A stretch of DNA of 63,161 nt, the filler included, from Octopus bimaculoides (taxonomy: Eukaryota): NCBI RefSeq assembly GCF_001194135.2. It is 8 parts of 8 records of this genome, joined end to end, with 100 filler letters (N's around TTAATTAATTAA, not from the genome) between each part and the next. Parts side by side here need not be neighbours in the genome. Positions count along the whole stretch, not along the records: positions 1 to 24,525 come from NC_068982.1; 7 more parts are not named here. One strand, written 5' to 3'. Of the stretch, positions 1 to 13,470 are shown piece after piece; within the stretch, counting starts at the first letter, position 1, and each line of letters starts with the position of its first letter. The notes beneath the pieces were generated by a model. It did not search any database and was not told where the DNA came from. It saw only the letters and a program-made list of their open reading frames with translations. Both the position numbers and the translations under genes were made by a program.

Positions 1-41
<41 letters not shown>

Positions 42-170
42 CATGTATATATATAATATATGCATATATATATATACATATACGCAGACACAAACACACA
101 CACACACACACATATACATATGTATGTATATACGTATATACCTACATACACACACAAACACTTGCACACG
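1..170. repeat. Compound (TG)n/(TA)n/(CA)n microsatellite; representative of dozens of similar tracts across the window
   Basis: Directly visible dinucleotide runs. They explain the [12 protein letters not shown] ORFs in the track. Confidence 0.95.
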
Positions 171-569
171 TACTCTTTTACTTGTTTCAGTCATTTGACT
201 GCGGCCATGCTGAAGCACCGCTTTTTGTTGAACAAATCGACCCCAGGGTTTATTCTCTGTGAGCCTAGTACTTATTCTATCTGTCTCTTTTGCCGAACCG
301 CTAAGTTACGGGAACGTAAGCACATTAACATCGGAGTCAAGCGATGGTGGGTGGACCAACACAGACACACAAATACATACATACATACATACATACTTAT
401 ATATATATATACGACGGGCTTCTTTCAGTTTCCGTCTACCGAATCCTCTCACAAGGCTTTGGTCGGCCCAAGGCTATAGTAGAAGACATCTGCCTAAGGT
501 GTCACGCAGTGGAACTGAACCCCGGAACCATCATGGTTGGGAAGCAAGCTTCTTACCATGCAGCCACGC
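171..569 (-). mobile_element. tRNA-derived SINE, here 'family A' (CORE-like box, internal microsatellite), near full length
   Basis: Minus strand reads GCGTGGCTGCATGGTAAGAAGCTTGC...GGTTCAGTTCCACTGCGTGACACCTTAGGCAGATGTCTTCTACTATAGCC, then an internal microsatellite, then a tail ending GCATGGCCGCAGTCAAATGACTGAAACAAG. Many homologues occur in this window. Confidence 0.85.
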
Positions 570-1361
570 TGCGCTTATTCACATATATGTGTATATAGCT
601 TTATTTCTGTCTATATACACATATATGTGCATGTGTACATAACTTTATTTCTGTCTATACATAAATACTTGTGTGTGCCTATCTGTCCGTCGGTTTTTGA
701 GTATAAGTGTTTATGTGTGTATGCATATAAGTATGTGCGTTCCAGAAAGCTGTTCAGAAGGTCCGAGATATTTATAAGTACATGAACCATGTACTTGATC
801 TCAAATCAAGAAAATACTCTATCATGGCGGCCATACATTTGAAGTGCATTTGTCAATACGCATACATCTCTAGCAGCAATAATACGCTCGCTGCATAATT
901 GCATGGCTGCCTACTTAGCTCTGCAAAAACTTCCATCGTCTTCGACCTCTTTCTTCGTTTCGTCAGCGTGTCGTTCGTCCAGCCAATACTCCTCCATAAC
1001 CCAATGACTGTTCTCCACTCGTCCGTTAGAGTCAGTCGCCTGTTTCTTTACTATTATTTGTTTTTAATTTTTAGCATTACTTTTATGTGTGTCTGTGTGT
1101 GTGCGTGTTTGCAGAATATGTATATATGTATATACGTATACATGTATGTATTTATATATATACATATGCATGTATGTTTCAAACACACACACACACACAC
1201 ACACACGCACATAAATATATATTTATATATATGGATAGATGGATGAATGTATGCATGCATATATTATTTGAAAACAGTTTGATTGGGTTCCGTGTGACTT
1301 CAAGTTTCGCAGGTCTGTAACCGGAGTACTTCTCTTTCAGGCTTTGGCTTCCCGATATATA

Positions 1362-1421
<60 letters not shown>

Positions 1422-1599
1422 CGCGCGCGCGTATCTGTATCTGTATGTATGTATGCGAGTGTGCGCGTGTGTGTTTATAATTATCATTAACACAGGCTAA
1501 AACGGGGTGACTTATTCTATGCATCGAACCTAGTACTTGGCTAAAACTTTATTGTATCCTTCTATGAATAAAGAGAGAGTGAGAAAAGAATAGTTCAGC

Positions 1600-2390
1600 A
1601 GAGCTGCCTTCATTCAATAAAAACATATCCCCAAATCTTTTAGCAGTGCCATTGCAAGGTCTTCCATTTGTGATATTAGATAACTGCTCGAGAAGAAATC
1701 TCCAGCTTGGACCTCAGGACTTGGAAATTCCTGGTAATTACTGGTAGCTTCCATATCAACATTATCAGTGACAGAATCTGTTAAATGGAAGGACGCTGGA
1801 GAAGGCATAGCATCAGTCCAGACGGTCTTTCAGTGCCATTGTGTCACTTTGGTAACACTGGCTGAAGAATTAAAAGGAAATGAGCACATTATGTGTATAT
1901 TCAATATCATATTATTAGACAAAGAACTCAGTAGGTACTCTGAGTGTACAGCTTTTCTATGTCGCTGGTCTGAAATACCTAAACAGAAACTTAGAGAAGA
2001 CATCTTCAGCATATCAGTAGAAAGTTATGTGTGTGTACATATCCTTTCAGGATGAGAATATTAATATCTACAGAAAGAATAACTTCTCCTAGACCTACGA
2101 TACGTACATCATGCTTCTCTGAGAAGGCAATGTCAATGTTATGTCAAAATGGGAGATAGCAACGAAACACCTGATGAACAAGAGAGAAAGAAGCTTCTTG
2201 ATTTCCATACTGTTAAAAAAAAATGTCGGTTGTGCCATGAAGGTGCGGAAGATATCACCCAAAATTGTCGCAACATATTACCTTCCCATGGGACAGGCAA
2301 TATCGGTAAGACCGTCTATAATACTGTACATCAAAAGAATTTTCTTGGTGGCCATTCCAAAGGTACATCAGAACGAGAAAGTATTCATTG
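1600..2390 (+). mobile_element. Decayed fragment of an RLE-type (R4-like) non-LTR retrotransposon: post-RT region and CCHC knuckle
   Basis: Manual translation across frameshifts gives TWKFLVITGSFHIN...KWKDAGEGIASVQTVF, CRLCHEGAEDIT and YYLPM...IGKTVYN, matching R4-type thumb and zinc-knuckle motifs. Confidence 0.6.
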
Positions 2391-3413
2391 ATGTTGATGT
2401 GATTCGACGTTTGTGTTTGTTCAATGGTTTGCGTTGACATTTTGCATTTGTTGATTGGCTGTTATTTTCTCTGCGTCTTCATTGGTTATTCTTTCATGAG
2501 GAAACGTATTTTGACTTTGTATAGTCTTACTAGATTCTTTTTGTTAATCTGGTTAAGCCTGTTCTTACGATAGGTTTGTTTTGGCATATCTTGGGGGTAC
2601 TTTTTAGTCAAATTTACTTCGGTGTAGTTTTGTTAAGGTATTGTGTTTGTAGATATTGTTTGATCACAGTAAAGGTTTTTTTTTAATAGTTTTGAAGGTG
2701 ACTTTAACTATGAAACTCATTAAGGACATATCTATTGTGAATGACATTTCATACTGAGGGATTTTGGTACAACACTTCGAAAGTGCTTGTGTTTATTTGA
2801 ATGGAATCGTGTGTTTAAATAATAATTCTGAAAGCGTGTTTCTTTGTATGTGTTGAACATCTGGTTTAAATATGCTTAATTACATGTGCATATCAGGGTG
2901 GTCACGCATGGCATAAAACTCGTGTCGCAAGGTAAAGATTCAGGGTCAATAAACTACGTTCACTATAACATGTATTAAGTACTATATTATCATTCGTTCG
3001 ACGTAATTCTATGTAGTGAGTGTTCGAATGTTGACTAACGGCGAACGAATGATAGGGGAATGCTCATATCCACAACTGTCCTCTTGTCTCCAGTCAATGA
3101 AAGTGTCTTTTTTTAATGGCATGTCTGTTTTAGAGAATTTCTGATTCTTAGAATTATCTCACCTTCTCGTTTGGAGTAAATATCAATTACTACCAACCAA
3201 TTAATGTATCCTAAAATTTTATTTTTAATATACCTATATTCGTCTATATTTAAATACATGCCACTAGTCATGTATTTGAGTTATTTCTCCTTGCTCATCT
3301 CTTGTTCATTTATATAAATTATCTTGACCATAAATGCTTTCTATTCTTTCTTTTTTGTATATATCTATATCTATGTGTCTCCTTTGCTGTAAATACCGTT
3401 GAATAAATACTAT

Positions 3414-3450
3414 GTGATGACGCTTAATGTTGCAGAAACACGTGTTTGTC
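3414..3450 (+). other. Degenerate minimal hammerhead-ribozyme-like motif (possible Penelope remnant)
   Basis: GTGATGA-C-GC-N8-GC-A-GAAA followed by the palindrome AAACACGTGTTT. Core C3 is mutated and stem I is unpaired. Confidence 0.25.
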
Positions 3451-5104
3451 TTTAGACAACCAAGCTCTTTTTATTTAATGTCATAGCAATTTTGGAAAAT
3501 TCTCGCTTCTTAAAATTACTCCATCTTCTCATTGGAGCGGGAACCACTTTTCAGCAAGTATTTGTTCTACTCTCTTTGGAAACGGAGGTAATTTAAGCAA
3601 AACTGAGAATTTATGTTGTACGTTATTTGATATTATCTTAATCCTCTTTCGATATTACATGTGCGCGCGCGTGCTCGAATATGAATGTATGCATATGTTA
3701 AATACAGAGATAGAAGTTAAATACTTCTAATTACTCTCGTAGAGATATCTCAAAGTTTTACGGTGTTAAAATCACACCTGATCCTTCAGTGTAGCGGTGC
3801 TAAGATATAGGAATGTTCAAGAACTTTTGCTTTACCATAGTTGTCCCCGCTAATGTAACTGAAATCAAATTCTCCGACAATTACTTTAGAACTGAAAGCA
3901 TAGAAACATTACACTTACAGAAAGCCTAACGAGTTAACTGTCAATATTATATGAATACTACTACGCCAGACACAACTAGAAATTTAGTGGATGATATTAG
4001 TAAAAGCATCTCCAGTTTATCTTTATAAAGAGCCGCATCTTGCATACGAAGTGTAAGCGAGTAAATTGACAATATACTATACAACTCTAGATCAGAGTTT
4101 ATTGTGTATATTATATACAACTCTACACTCAGCAGACTATAACTACAGTGGAATATTATTTATACTATAGTCATACAGATAATATTAGTATCCATAGCGA
4201 CATCACACGATATAACTAGACTATATCAAAATCATGTCATAACCACAAAGTAATCATTACAGAACACGATATGCCATTGGTCACGTTACCAAGGGATCAT
4301 TACAATCTAATCGCTCAAGACGCAGCTATATTTGCGAATATACTACACAAACATACACCACATGGTTCCAAAACATGCTGCACGGTAAATCACAACGACA
4401 ACTACATCAAAAACATATCATAGCCAAATGTACCCCCGCTGTACCAATAACGAGCCAACGACTTTTTTAGACCTGGTTACTGCTGTATCTACTCCAAACC
4501 ACACCCGACTGTTTTGGACATATTAGGTAATATAGTTTAGTTACACTGCTTGAATTTTAAAAAAAACAAAACAGAGGGTCACGGCTGGAATCCTTTTGAT
4601 CATATGCCCGCTCAGTCAGGGTTGACGTTAGGCTAAACAACAATAACTGCTATAATAATAAGAACAGCAACAAAAGCGACAATAACCAGCTGTTATTACG
4701 TAATAACTCCCACATTGTATCCCGATTTCCACTGAATAGCCGAAACAACCTTAACTGAACGCCCTACTATACAACATACAATTGCACAACTGTATCAACT
4801 ACAACCACAACCACAACATAATAGACGGCAGCCATAACCACACCAATGAACAACCATACCACAAATAACTGGCGCCAACAAACCGGAACAGGCGCCGGAA
4901 ATTAATGATGCACAACTGTTGTAACAGTGTATCGATCAGGTTGGCTATCGAATGACACAATATCGATTGGACGATGAGAGAAAGAAAAGGGGAGATGGCG
5001 GGGAGAGATAGGGGAGAAAGTGGAGATAGGGGAAGAGGGGGAGGGGGAGAGGGAGAGGCCCAAGGACGAAATAGGGCGATGAAATTTAGAGCGTTTACAG
5101 CGAG

Positions 5105-5157
<53 letters not shown>

Positions 5158-5184
5158 ATATATATATACACATACACACACACA

Positions 5185-5226
<42 letters not shown>

Positions 5227-5731
5227 TACATATATAAATGTTCATACATATATAAATGTTTACGCACACATATAGAAACACACACACACAAAGAAAGAGT
5301 GAGTGACGATGAGTGGGTGAAGGAGAGAAAGATAGAGAACGAACGTGGAAAAAACTCAGAAATAGAACCAACACAAAATAAAAAAACGAAATAAACTATA
5401 AAACGATATAAAATAGAAAGAGTAAAAATGTCGAACACGGGGAAGAAGTAAGCAGGGTTGAGGTGAAAACGTTGTTGGGGGAGACGGCGACAGAGAAATC
5501 AGGAATGGTTTGATATAATAAGTGAATGACAAGGAAAAGGAGAGGCAGAAAGAAAGAGAGAAAAGAACGAAAAACGAAAATTGGATAGTTAGCAAGAAAT
5601 GAAGAAGAAAGAAAGAAATTAAAAAGAGATGGGAAAGTGGGAGAAAGGAGACAGGGATAAAGAGAGAAATAATGAGAATTGGCAAAAAATAGGGTGGGGG
5701 TAAGCAAGCGAGAGCTTCATTAGGTACAAAG

Positions 5732-5770
<39 letters not shown>

Positions 5771-6289
5771 NNNNNNNNNNNNNNNNNNNNNNNNNNNNNN
5801 NNNNNNNNNNNNNNNNNNNNNNNNNNNNNNNNNNNNNNNNNNNNNNNNNNNNNNNNNNNNNNNNNNNNNNNNNNNNNNNNNNNNNNNNNNNNNNNNNNNN
5901 NNNNNNNNNNNNNNNNNNNNNNNNNNNNNNNNNAAGAGAGAATGGAGAGAATGCATTGGTATGGTGTCTTAGAGGATGAGAAAAGCGGAGAAAAAGAAAG
6001 AAAGAAATACAGTTAAAACCTGGAGAAATATTGCTAATTACGTAGAGCTTTATGGATTGTAATGTCGATAAGTAAATAGATACAGAGACACACAAGCAAA
6101 AAGACAAATTATATGTGTATATACATATATACATACACATGCACACATGCATACGTACGTACGCACATACATATTTATATGTTAATATATATATATATAT
6201 ATGTGTGTGTGTGTATGTCTGTATGTGTGTGTGTATGTATGTATATATTTCCGTGTATCATTGATACAATCATGCACCAAATTTTCACA

Positions 6290-6870
6290 AGGTGTATTCA
6301 TTATAAGTTCCTTATGTCATATCCTCTGCAACGGTACGCCTACAAAGTGGCACTCTACATATAAACTTTCACCCCTGTAACACGGACCATACCATCAAAC
6401 CCACCACTAAAGTTCTATGGAAACACAATGTGAACAACTGCCTAAAATTATCCCTCCTGAAAAAAACTCCTCCTGAGAACGATTAATTTCACCTACCCAC
6501 CACTGGATGAAATAACATGGATCTTATAATATATTATGGGAAGTCTGTATCTTATTTTCCCTTGCTATGCCCAAATCATTGAACTATGATGTACTCCACT
6601 TGTATTCTCGCGTTTGCTCTTACTCTTATTCTCATTCTACTCTATTTAAAAGGATAAACACACTGTAGCTATTCATAACTAACTTTTATATGTGCTAACC
6701 ACCCCAACCACTTAGACCCTCTGAAAAAGCCTAGGGGCACACCCATTTTCCGAGCATTGTCTGCTCATCCCTGCATAACACTGAAAAGATGGAGATAACC
6801 TGAAATATTTTGTTGCCTCTTGGCAGAAACGGCCGTAAGGAACTAGCATATGCACACCCATTCAGTTTAT
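6290..6870 (+). mobile_element. Possible Penelope-like element terminal remnant with degenerate hammerhead cores
   Basis: CTGAAAAA-GCC-TAGG-GGC at 6721 and TGCC-TCTT-GGCA-GAAACGGCCGT-A at 6814-6837, the latter with palindromic ACGGCCGT. Confidence 0.3.
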
Positions 6871-7209
6871 TGTCAGTTTGCTCTTTTGCTCAATTGTTCA
6901 TTTGTTTCTATATGCTTATATGTTTCCACACCCTTCACTCATGGATGTGTGTATATGCATCCAATACATTTGAATAAATAGACATACAGGAATGTTTACA
7001 GGCTGATGTCTGTCGATTTTATATCATCTCCGTTTTCTTATTTGTTTATATATATATATATATATATACATAAAGCGATACATACATAGGAAGTTAGATA
7101 TTCATACTTACAGACAGACATACATACAGGCAGGCAGGCAGTCTGGCAGACAGACAGACGGATAGATTGGTAGATAGATATATAGATAGACATAAATTAA
7201 CGTTTGTAT

Positions 7210-7380
7210 GTTATAATCCTCTCTACTTTAGGCACAATGTCGAAACAATTTTTTTGGGAGGGGCGAGCTAGTCGATTACATCCACTCCAGTACACGACTG
7301 GTACTTATTTTATCGAACACGAAGGTATAAAAGGCAAGGTCGACCTTGGCGGAATTTGAATACAGAACATAGAGACGGAT
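7210..7380 (-). mobile_element. tRNA-derived SINE, here 'family B', 5'-truncated
   Basis: Reverse complement of the family B core TTCAAATTCCGCCGAGGTCGAC...GATAAAATAAGTACCAG...GTAGAGAGGATTAT. Confidence 0.75.
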
Positions 7381-7704
7381 TTACATGTTATAATCAAATC
7401 AGTTTTGCATTAAATTGAAGGATTACTCAATACATTTGGTCGACAGCGAATTTAACATTCTTTAACAAGAATAGCAGACAGCAACCTCAAAATTTTTTGC
7501 CATCGGTTACAAATGTAGATATTTGTAAATACATATTTTAAGTATCTTCAAGCTTTCGTTTTCTCGCCTTCGAAGTCATTGTCTTTTTCCCTTGTAAAAC
7601 TCTATAAATATGTACTCTACTAAAAAGTATTGAATGAATCGTTATTTTAATGTCAAAATATTTTTGTAATGTAACTTAAGACAAAAACAAATATTACTTT
7701 CAAA

Positions 7705-7908
7705 TTTTGGCACAAGGCCAGCAATTTTGAGGGGAGGGGTAAGACGATTACACTGAACTTAGTATCGAACAGGTGCTTATTTTATCAACCCTCAAGGATG
7801 AAAACAAAGTCGACCTCTGCGGAATATGCACTCAAATCGTAAAGACGGACAAAATACCGCTAAGCATTTTCTCCGTCGTGCTAACGATTCTGCCAGCTCA
7901 TCGCCCTA
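7705..7908 (-). mobile_element. SINE family B, near full length
   Basis: Minus strand begins GGCGATGAGCTGGCAGAATCGTTAGCACGACGG and continues through the family B core. Confidence 0.8.
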
Positions 7909-8018
7909 CACAAAAAGAAATATTGATATATATTCATATACGTATTTATACATGCATACATACATACGTATATCAGTGTGTGTGTGTTTGAACACACACA
8001 CACACACACACACATACT

Positions 8019-8049
<31 letters not shown>

Positions 8050-10432
8050 ACACACACATATATATATATGTATAGATGCATATATATATGCATCTATACA
8101 TACATATGTGCATATATGCATATACATATATATATATGTGTGCTTTTGGCTGTTGCGTTAGAAATAACCAACGAGGTAGAATCTACTGAATACTAGACTA
8201 TATTTTTTCAACTGCCAAAAGATTTCTTACATACCTTTACGCATACATTAATTTTTTTTTTCTAAATTGGGATTGGTTCTGAAAGGACGTCTCCGGAAAT
8301 TAATTTTCTTGATAATACGGAATAGATCCTTTTTAGAAGCGTCTCGACTAGGATTATGTTGGGAGTTTCCTCTAGTCTTGTAGATGCATTTAAATTCCCC
8401 TCTTCACTATCAGTTGATTTGGAAGTGTCAATTTTGTCACCTTCATACATTTAGAAGTTGTAAAGTAAGAACAACGTCGCTCTCCTCGAAGGTCTGAAGG
8501 TTGAAGGACATAAATATCGATTTGTATCCAACGCGGAATACTGCTAGACACGCTAAGCCTTACGTTAATGAAAGATATTGTTGCAATCTCTGGTTTTAGG
8601 AATTGGTGGAAATTTTAAAATGCACAGGTGAAATTATTAATAGATCAGTTGAATTAAGGATCAAATGCCTGCATTCTACCTGTAGAACTTCCTTATTCTT
8701 TAAACCAATTCTATAAAGTCTTCTTATGTATCTATAACACTCCACTATAGACATTACTAATGATAAGATTCATGGGTTATATTTAGGTAACCTAGCATAT
8801 CTTAATAATATTAATACATATAACTGATCATTTTAAAGTTATTTTTGCCTACCCTTAGTCTAACGACAGACACCGATGATAGTGCAGTTATTTTATATAA
8901 CTTTATATATATATGTGTGTGTGAGTGTGTGTGTGTAATTTATAGTTTGATACCTTTATTCAATTTGCTTCAAGCCTTATGCGATATCTTAATTTTTACG
9001 TCATTCTCCCTAGTTGTGGCTTTTATAATTCTTTGTAATTCTTATAAATTCTTTTAATAGTTTCTTAGCACTGCCCACAATTCAAAATTATTATAAACAG
9101 GGATCTAACCTATCTACTGAACCTATATGACTTCAAATGATTTGCTTTATTCTCAATAATATTGGTTAATAGAAACGTTGGGATTCATGGTTTCTCAGTT
9201 TTTTTTTATTAGGAAATCGGTTCTGCTTTCTCCTCTCTATTCCGGCCTTTCATCTCGTAACTTTATTAGAGCTATATAACTGATCTCTCTAAATTTCGAT
9301 ATTTAACTAACATAAATTTATATCTTTATGTTGACACCGATTATTGCCTAAAGTACATTCATTAGTCTAGTGTACGCATTTATTTGTTTATGCCAATATC
9401 GTCTTCTCGTCAACCATGCTGACCACTTTCTCTATTAGATTTATCCTATTCTGTTTCTGCTTAAGTATTTATAGGTTATGATTGTGATCATGGCTATTTC
9501 TATATATCAATTATTTTTTTTTATTTACGTTTCTCTCTTTCTTTTCCCTACCGCTCCACATAAATTTCACAGCGGCCATCGCACTTCTCCGCATTTTCCC
9601 TAAGTTATTTTCGTTGAATTGTAATTAGCTAGATCTCCCTGAATTAAAGCGAATATTCTATTAGTTGTGCAATAATTAACTGGAGGACTTTAATCAAGAG
9701 CAATTACGAAAATTAATAAATAACACTGGAATTTATTAACCATGTCACTCCTTTGATGTACTAAACACTGTAACACTGTAATTTTTTGTTTAGAACAATT
9801 TCTTCAAATATGATCAGATTGAGTCAAATGTTATGCTGGCGCCTGATATCTGCTGGTATACAAGACCGTTTTGCCTGTACCAGCCTTTATGAGTGATGTC
9901 GCTAAGTTTAATGACACCTTTAGAATGTATGTACCTTTTAACTATTCTGTAACTTACAGCTTCATTCTTCTATCGCTCCCTCGTGACTGACAGATTATAA
10001 TGCGACTCACTTCAGATTTCTTAAATGTTGGTAATTCTAATTCGAAATTTGACTCATTGATTACTCAGTATACTACTGCTCCCTTGTATATTTAGTAAAC
10101 CTGATGATTTGAGAGATACGTAATGTATTACGTAGTTTTATGGATTTTGTGCATACTACATACCTAACTGTACCATGATTACGTCACAATAGAGACTCTT
10201 AATGAAACAATTGTAGCAAGAGCCAGATAACCCATTCGTCTGCTTTTATTAGACACACGCACATACACATATATATGCATATGCATACATAATACATACA
10301 TACATACATACATACATACATACATGCATGCATGCATACATACATACATACACATATATATATGTATATGTATGAAGTACCAACACATGAAACTCAGACT
10401 TTGGGTCACTCTGTTACTTCTGCAAAATATTA

Positions 10433-10483
<51 letters not shown>

Positions 10484-10493
10484 NNNNNNNNNN

Positions 10494-10546
<53 letters not shown>

Positions 10547-11219
10547 ACATACATGGATACATAAATTGATAGGCAGGGATACAGACAGGATGTAGACAGA
10601 TGGATAGGTAGGCAAGATGGATAGAGAAGTAAGTAGTCTGAATGATCGATCGACAGATTGTAACTGATATGTTATGAACATAGATAAATAATAGACTGCA
10701 TATATATATATATATATATGTATGAGTGTACGTGCCTGGATACTTAAAGAGAGAGAGAAAGAGAAAGAGAGAGAGAGAGAGAAAAGAGAGAGTGTGAGAG
10801 AAAGAGAGAGAAGCGGCTGTATGGCTAATTTTATTGAGCCTATTCAATCGTAGAGATAAAGATGGACAAAATTTAAATTGCAAACTTGAAATCACAAATG
10901 AGTGTGGCGACTACGAATACAATCACACACACACGTGTGCGCGCGCACACAAACACACACACACACACTCACACGATTATGTGGTGCCGAGTGTATTGCG
11001 ATATGACAAAGGCTCATAAATATGAAGACACATTTTGTATTCGAAATACATCTACTGTTTCTTTGTCTCAGTCTATCGACCAATCATTCTGTCACCCACT
11101 CACTCACTCACTCACTCACTCACTCACTCAATCAATCAATCAACACTCAATCTATCTATCTATCTATTTTCTGTAGCTATTATAACTCCCTCCCCACAAA
11201 AATGTATTATGAGTCGACA

Positions 11220-11950
11220 CCTCCAGGTGGATAGGAACTGGGACGAGATTACAAGCATGACCAGTCTCACACAGAAATTGGCTGAGAGGAAGCTATCCTT
11301 GAAATATCGGGCAGAGTTGACAAACGCATATGTCACCTTTGTTATGTATTTCTACTTGATCGTGATGCTTTGCTTCAGTTCTCGTCTGAGCAGGATAGAA
11401 TATCTATTCTTTCACCTTTTGTAGAATCGACACATTAAACTAGTCAAGTGCTTTGTCTAATCTGAACATTTTTTGTACATCGTGCTCTGTATGCCGTAGC
11501 TCTTGATACTCAGACATTCGCTGTGACTGTTGCATCTTCCGCGACTCCTATACGGTGGGGAATTGTGTTGCCTTTTCTCAGGCATTTCTTCAGTCAGGCA
11601 ATACGCTGGGTGGAACTTATAAATGGTGTACTTTAGAGGATAAGTGGTGAAAAGTGGCAATGACGTTCTTGGGAAACACTAGAGGAACTTTCGACGCAGA
11701 AACTATGGACAACTTCCAGAAATCCCTGCTCTGATAGTACTACCAAAATGTATTGCCAATTAGAGACAAACATTACACAAACAGAAATACCTTCTGCTTC
11801 ACTTATCCGAGATGTGCCCATTGACGAAACCGTTTTGCAGACGCTCGTTCTGTGACCGAACATTAGTAATTTGTAGAATTCTTTCTCACAGCTGCTGTCT
11901 GGTGGAGGTCAGATCTGGCTATTAGTTGAGTCCATCGTGATGATCGACCC
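11220..11950 (+). mobile_element. Decayed L1/Tx1-clade ORF2 C-terminal fragment
   Basis: WDEITSMT...LAERKLSLKYRAELTNAYV...RIEYLFFHLL matches the post-RT W..R.LSL.GR..AN pattern. A degenerate zinc-knuckle (YPRC...ETVL) lies near 11810-11860. Confidence 0.6.
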
Positions 11951-12451
11951 GCTGCCTTAATTTGACTGAGAAGTGTATCAGTTCTTTTTAGTAGTTATAG
12001 TGGAAGAAGGTTTTGGTAGACGAGACAGAAAGGACCGAAGACAGACACTTTCCCCTCCGGCCAACTTCTCATTAACTTTTCACTTTAAAAAAAAGTTATG
12101 GAGAATTGGGAAGTACTTTACACCCCTATAAAGTTTTTGAAAGGAACGTGGGAATAATAAACATTTGTATATGTGAAGGCGTCNNNNNNNNNNNNNNNNN
12201 NNNNNNNNNNNNNNNNNNNNNNNNNNNNNNNNNNNNNNNNNNNNNNNNNNNNNNNNNNNNNNNNNNNNNNNNNNNNNNNNNNNNNNNNNNNNNNNNNNNN
12301 NNNNNNNNNNNNNNNNNNNNNNNNNNNNNNNNNNNNNNNNNNNNNNNNNNCCCTGCCAATGCTTATATTTAGCTTTTGTGTACTAACTTTGTCTCATGGA
12401 TCCCTTCTGGATAATAAAAAATCTTATTCCGATTATTATTGTTAGTGTTAT

Positions 12452-12731
12452 TCTGAAAGACACTCGGTGAGTTCTTAATTACCGGTTATTCTTTACTTGA
12501 AAGCAGGCAATAAGAAATCACCATAGGTTTCAAGTAGTGCCTTCTCCTGTGACTCAAAGAGACAGTACTCTCCTTGGAATGCGAAATGTACCCAACAATA
12601 CTGTCTTCTGGATCACCTCGAGCCTGACAGCAGCTCCAATATTCTTAATATGTTTTTCAAAGCCCTTGGAAACTGCTCCTAATATTCCAGTTACCACCGG
12701 CATCACCATTACTTTCTTCGAGCTCCATAAC

Positions 12732-12733
<2 letters not shown>
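12452..12733 (-). mobile_element. R4/Dong-clade retrotransposon 3' end, 5'-truncated
   Basis: Minus translation LWSSKKVMVMPVVTGILGAVSKGFEKHIKNIGAAVRLEVIQKTVLLGTFRIPRRVLSL* (stop 12554-12556), then a 3'UTR. Both ends abut TAA-type repeats. Confidence 0.8.

Positions 12734-12736
<3 letters not shown>

Positions 12737-12800
<64 letters not shown>
12737..12800. repeat. (TTA)n microsatellite
   Basis: Pure triplet run directly visible. Confidence 0.95.
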
Positions 12801-13308
12801 TGAATGAGAAAACAATGAATGCTATCACAGCGACACTGGAATAAAATATACGAAGCCCAGTATACCTGTCATGACTACCGGTCCGATAAGGGTAAACCAG
12901 GCACATGCATCACAACCATATGTGCGTGATATGGTGATCTCATATTAAGATAAACAGCGCATGACCTTGCAGGTGGGGCCCAGTTAGAATATTCTACAGG
13001 TCGAGTAGCCTTTCCCGCTCAAAAGGTCCCTGAATAAGGGTTGTTTAAGGATGTTGAACAAAAACACCCATGTTTCCAACAGTGAATTATCCAACCCCCA
13101 AAGAATTCCTCTCAACACATGGCTATGATGCTCCCTCACTACTTCTGCTTGTGATCAGAAATGCACATATCGTCATCCGCTAAGGAACATGCTCAAATGG
13201 TTAGGTCAAACATCTGACAAGCAAATCTGTGGTATTCAGCAGAATATTTGCTGTAGTCCATCTTTTATACCTAGACATAAAAGATAGGCTACAACAAATA
13301 TTCTGCTC
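12801..13308 (-). mobile_element. Unclassified interspersed repeat bounded by (TAA)n arrays on both sides
   Basis: A ~510-bp block of higher GC between two TTA arrays. No convincing coding motif. The minus-strand 3' end runs straight into (TAA)n. Confidence 0.4.
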
Positions 13309-13309
<1 letters not shown>

Positions 13310-13366
<57 letters not shown>

Positions 13367-13470
13367 GCTGTTGTTGTTGTTGTTGCTGTTGTTGTTGTTG
13401 TTGCTGTTGTTGTTGCTGTTGCTGTTGTTGTTGCTGTTGCTGTTGTTGCTGTTGTTGTTGCTGTTGTTGT
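13310..13470. repeat. Compound (TTA)n-(TTG/CTG)n microsatellite
   Basis: Directly visible; forms the 3' tail of the adjacent minus-strand element. Confidence 0.95.

Noticed and set aside
8200-10150. Faint APE/RT-like words on the minus strand
   Set aside because: Motifs are too degenerate to support by eye. TBLASTN against LINE ORF2 would be needed.
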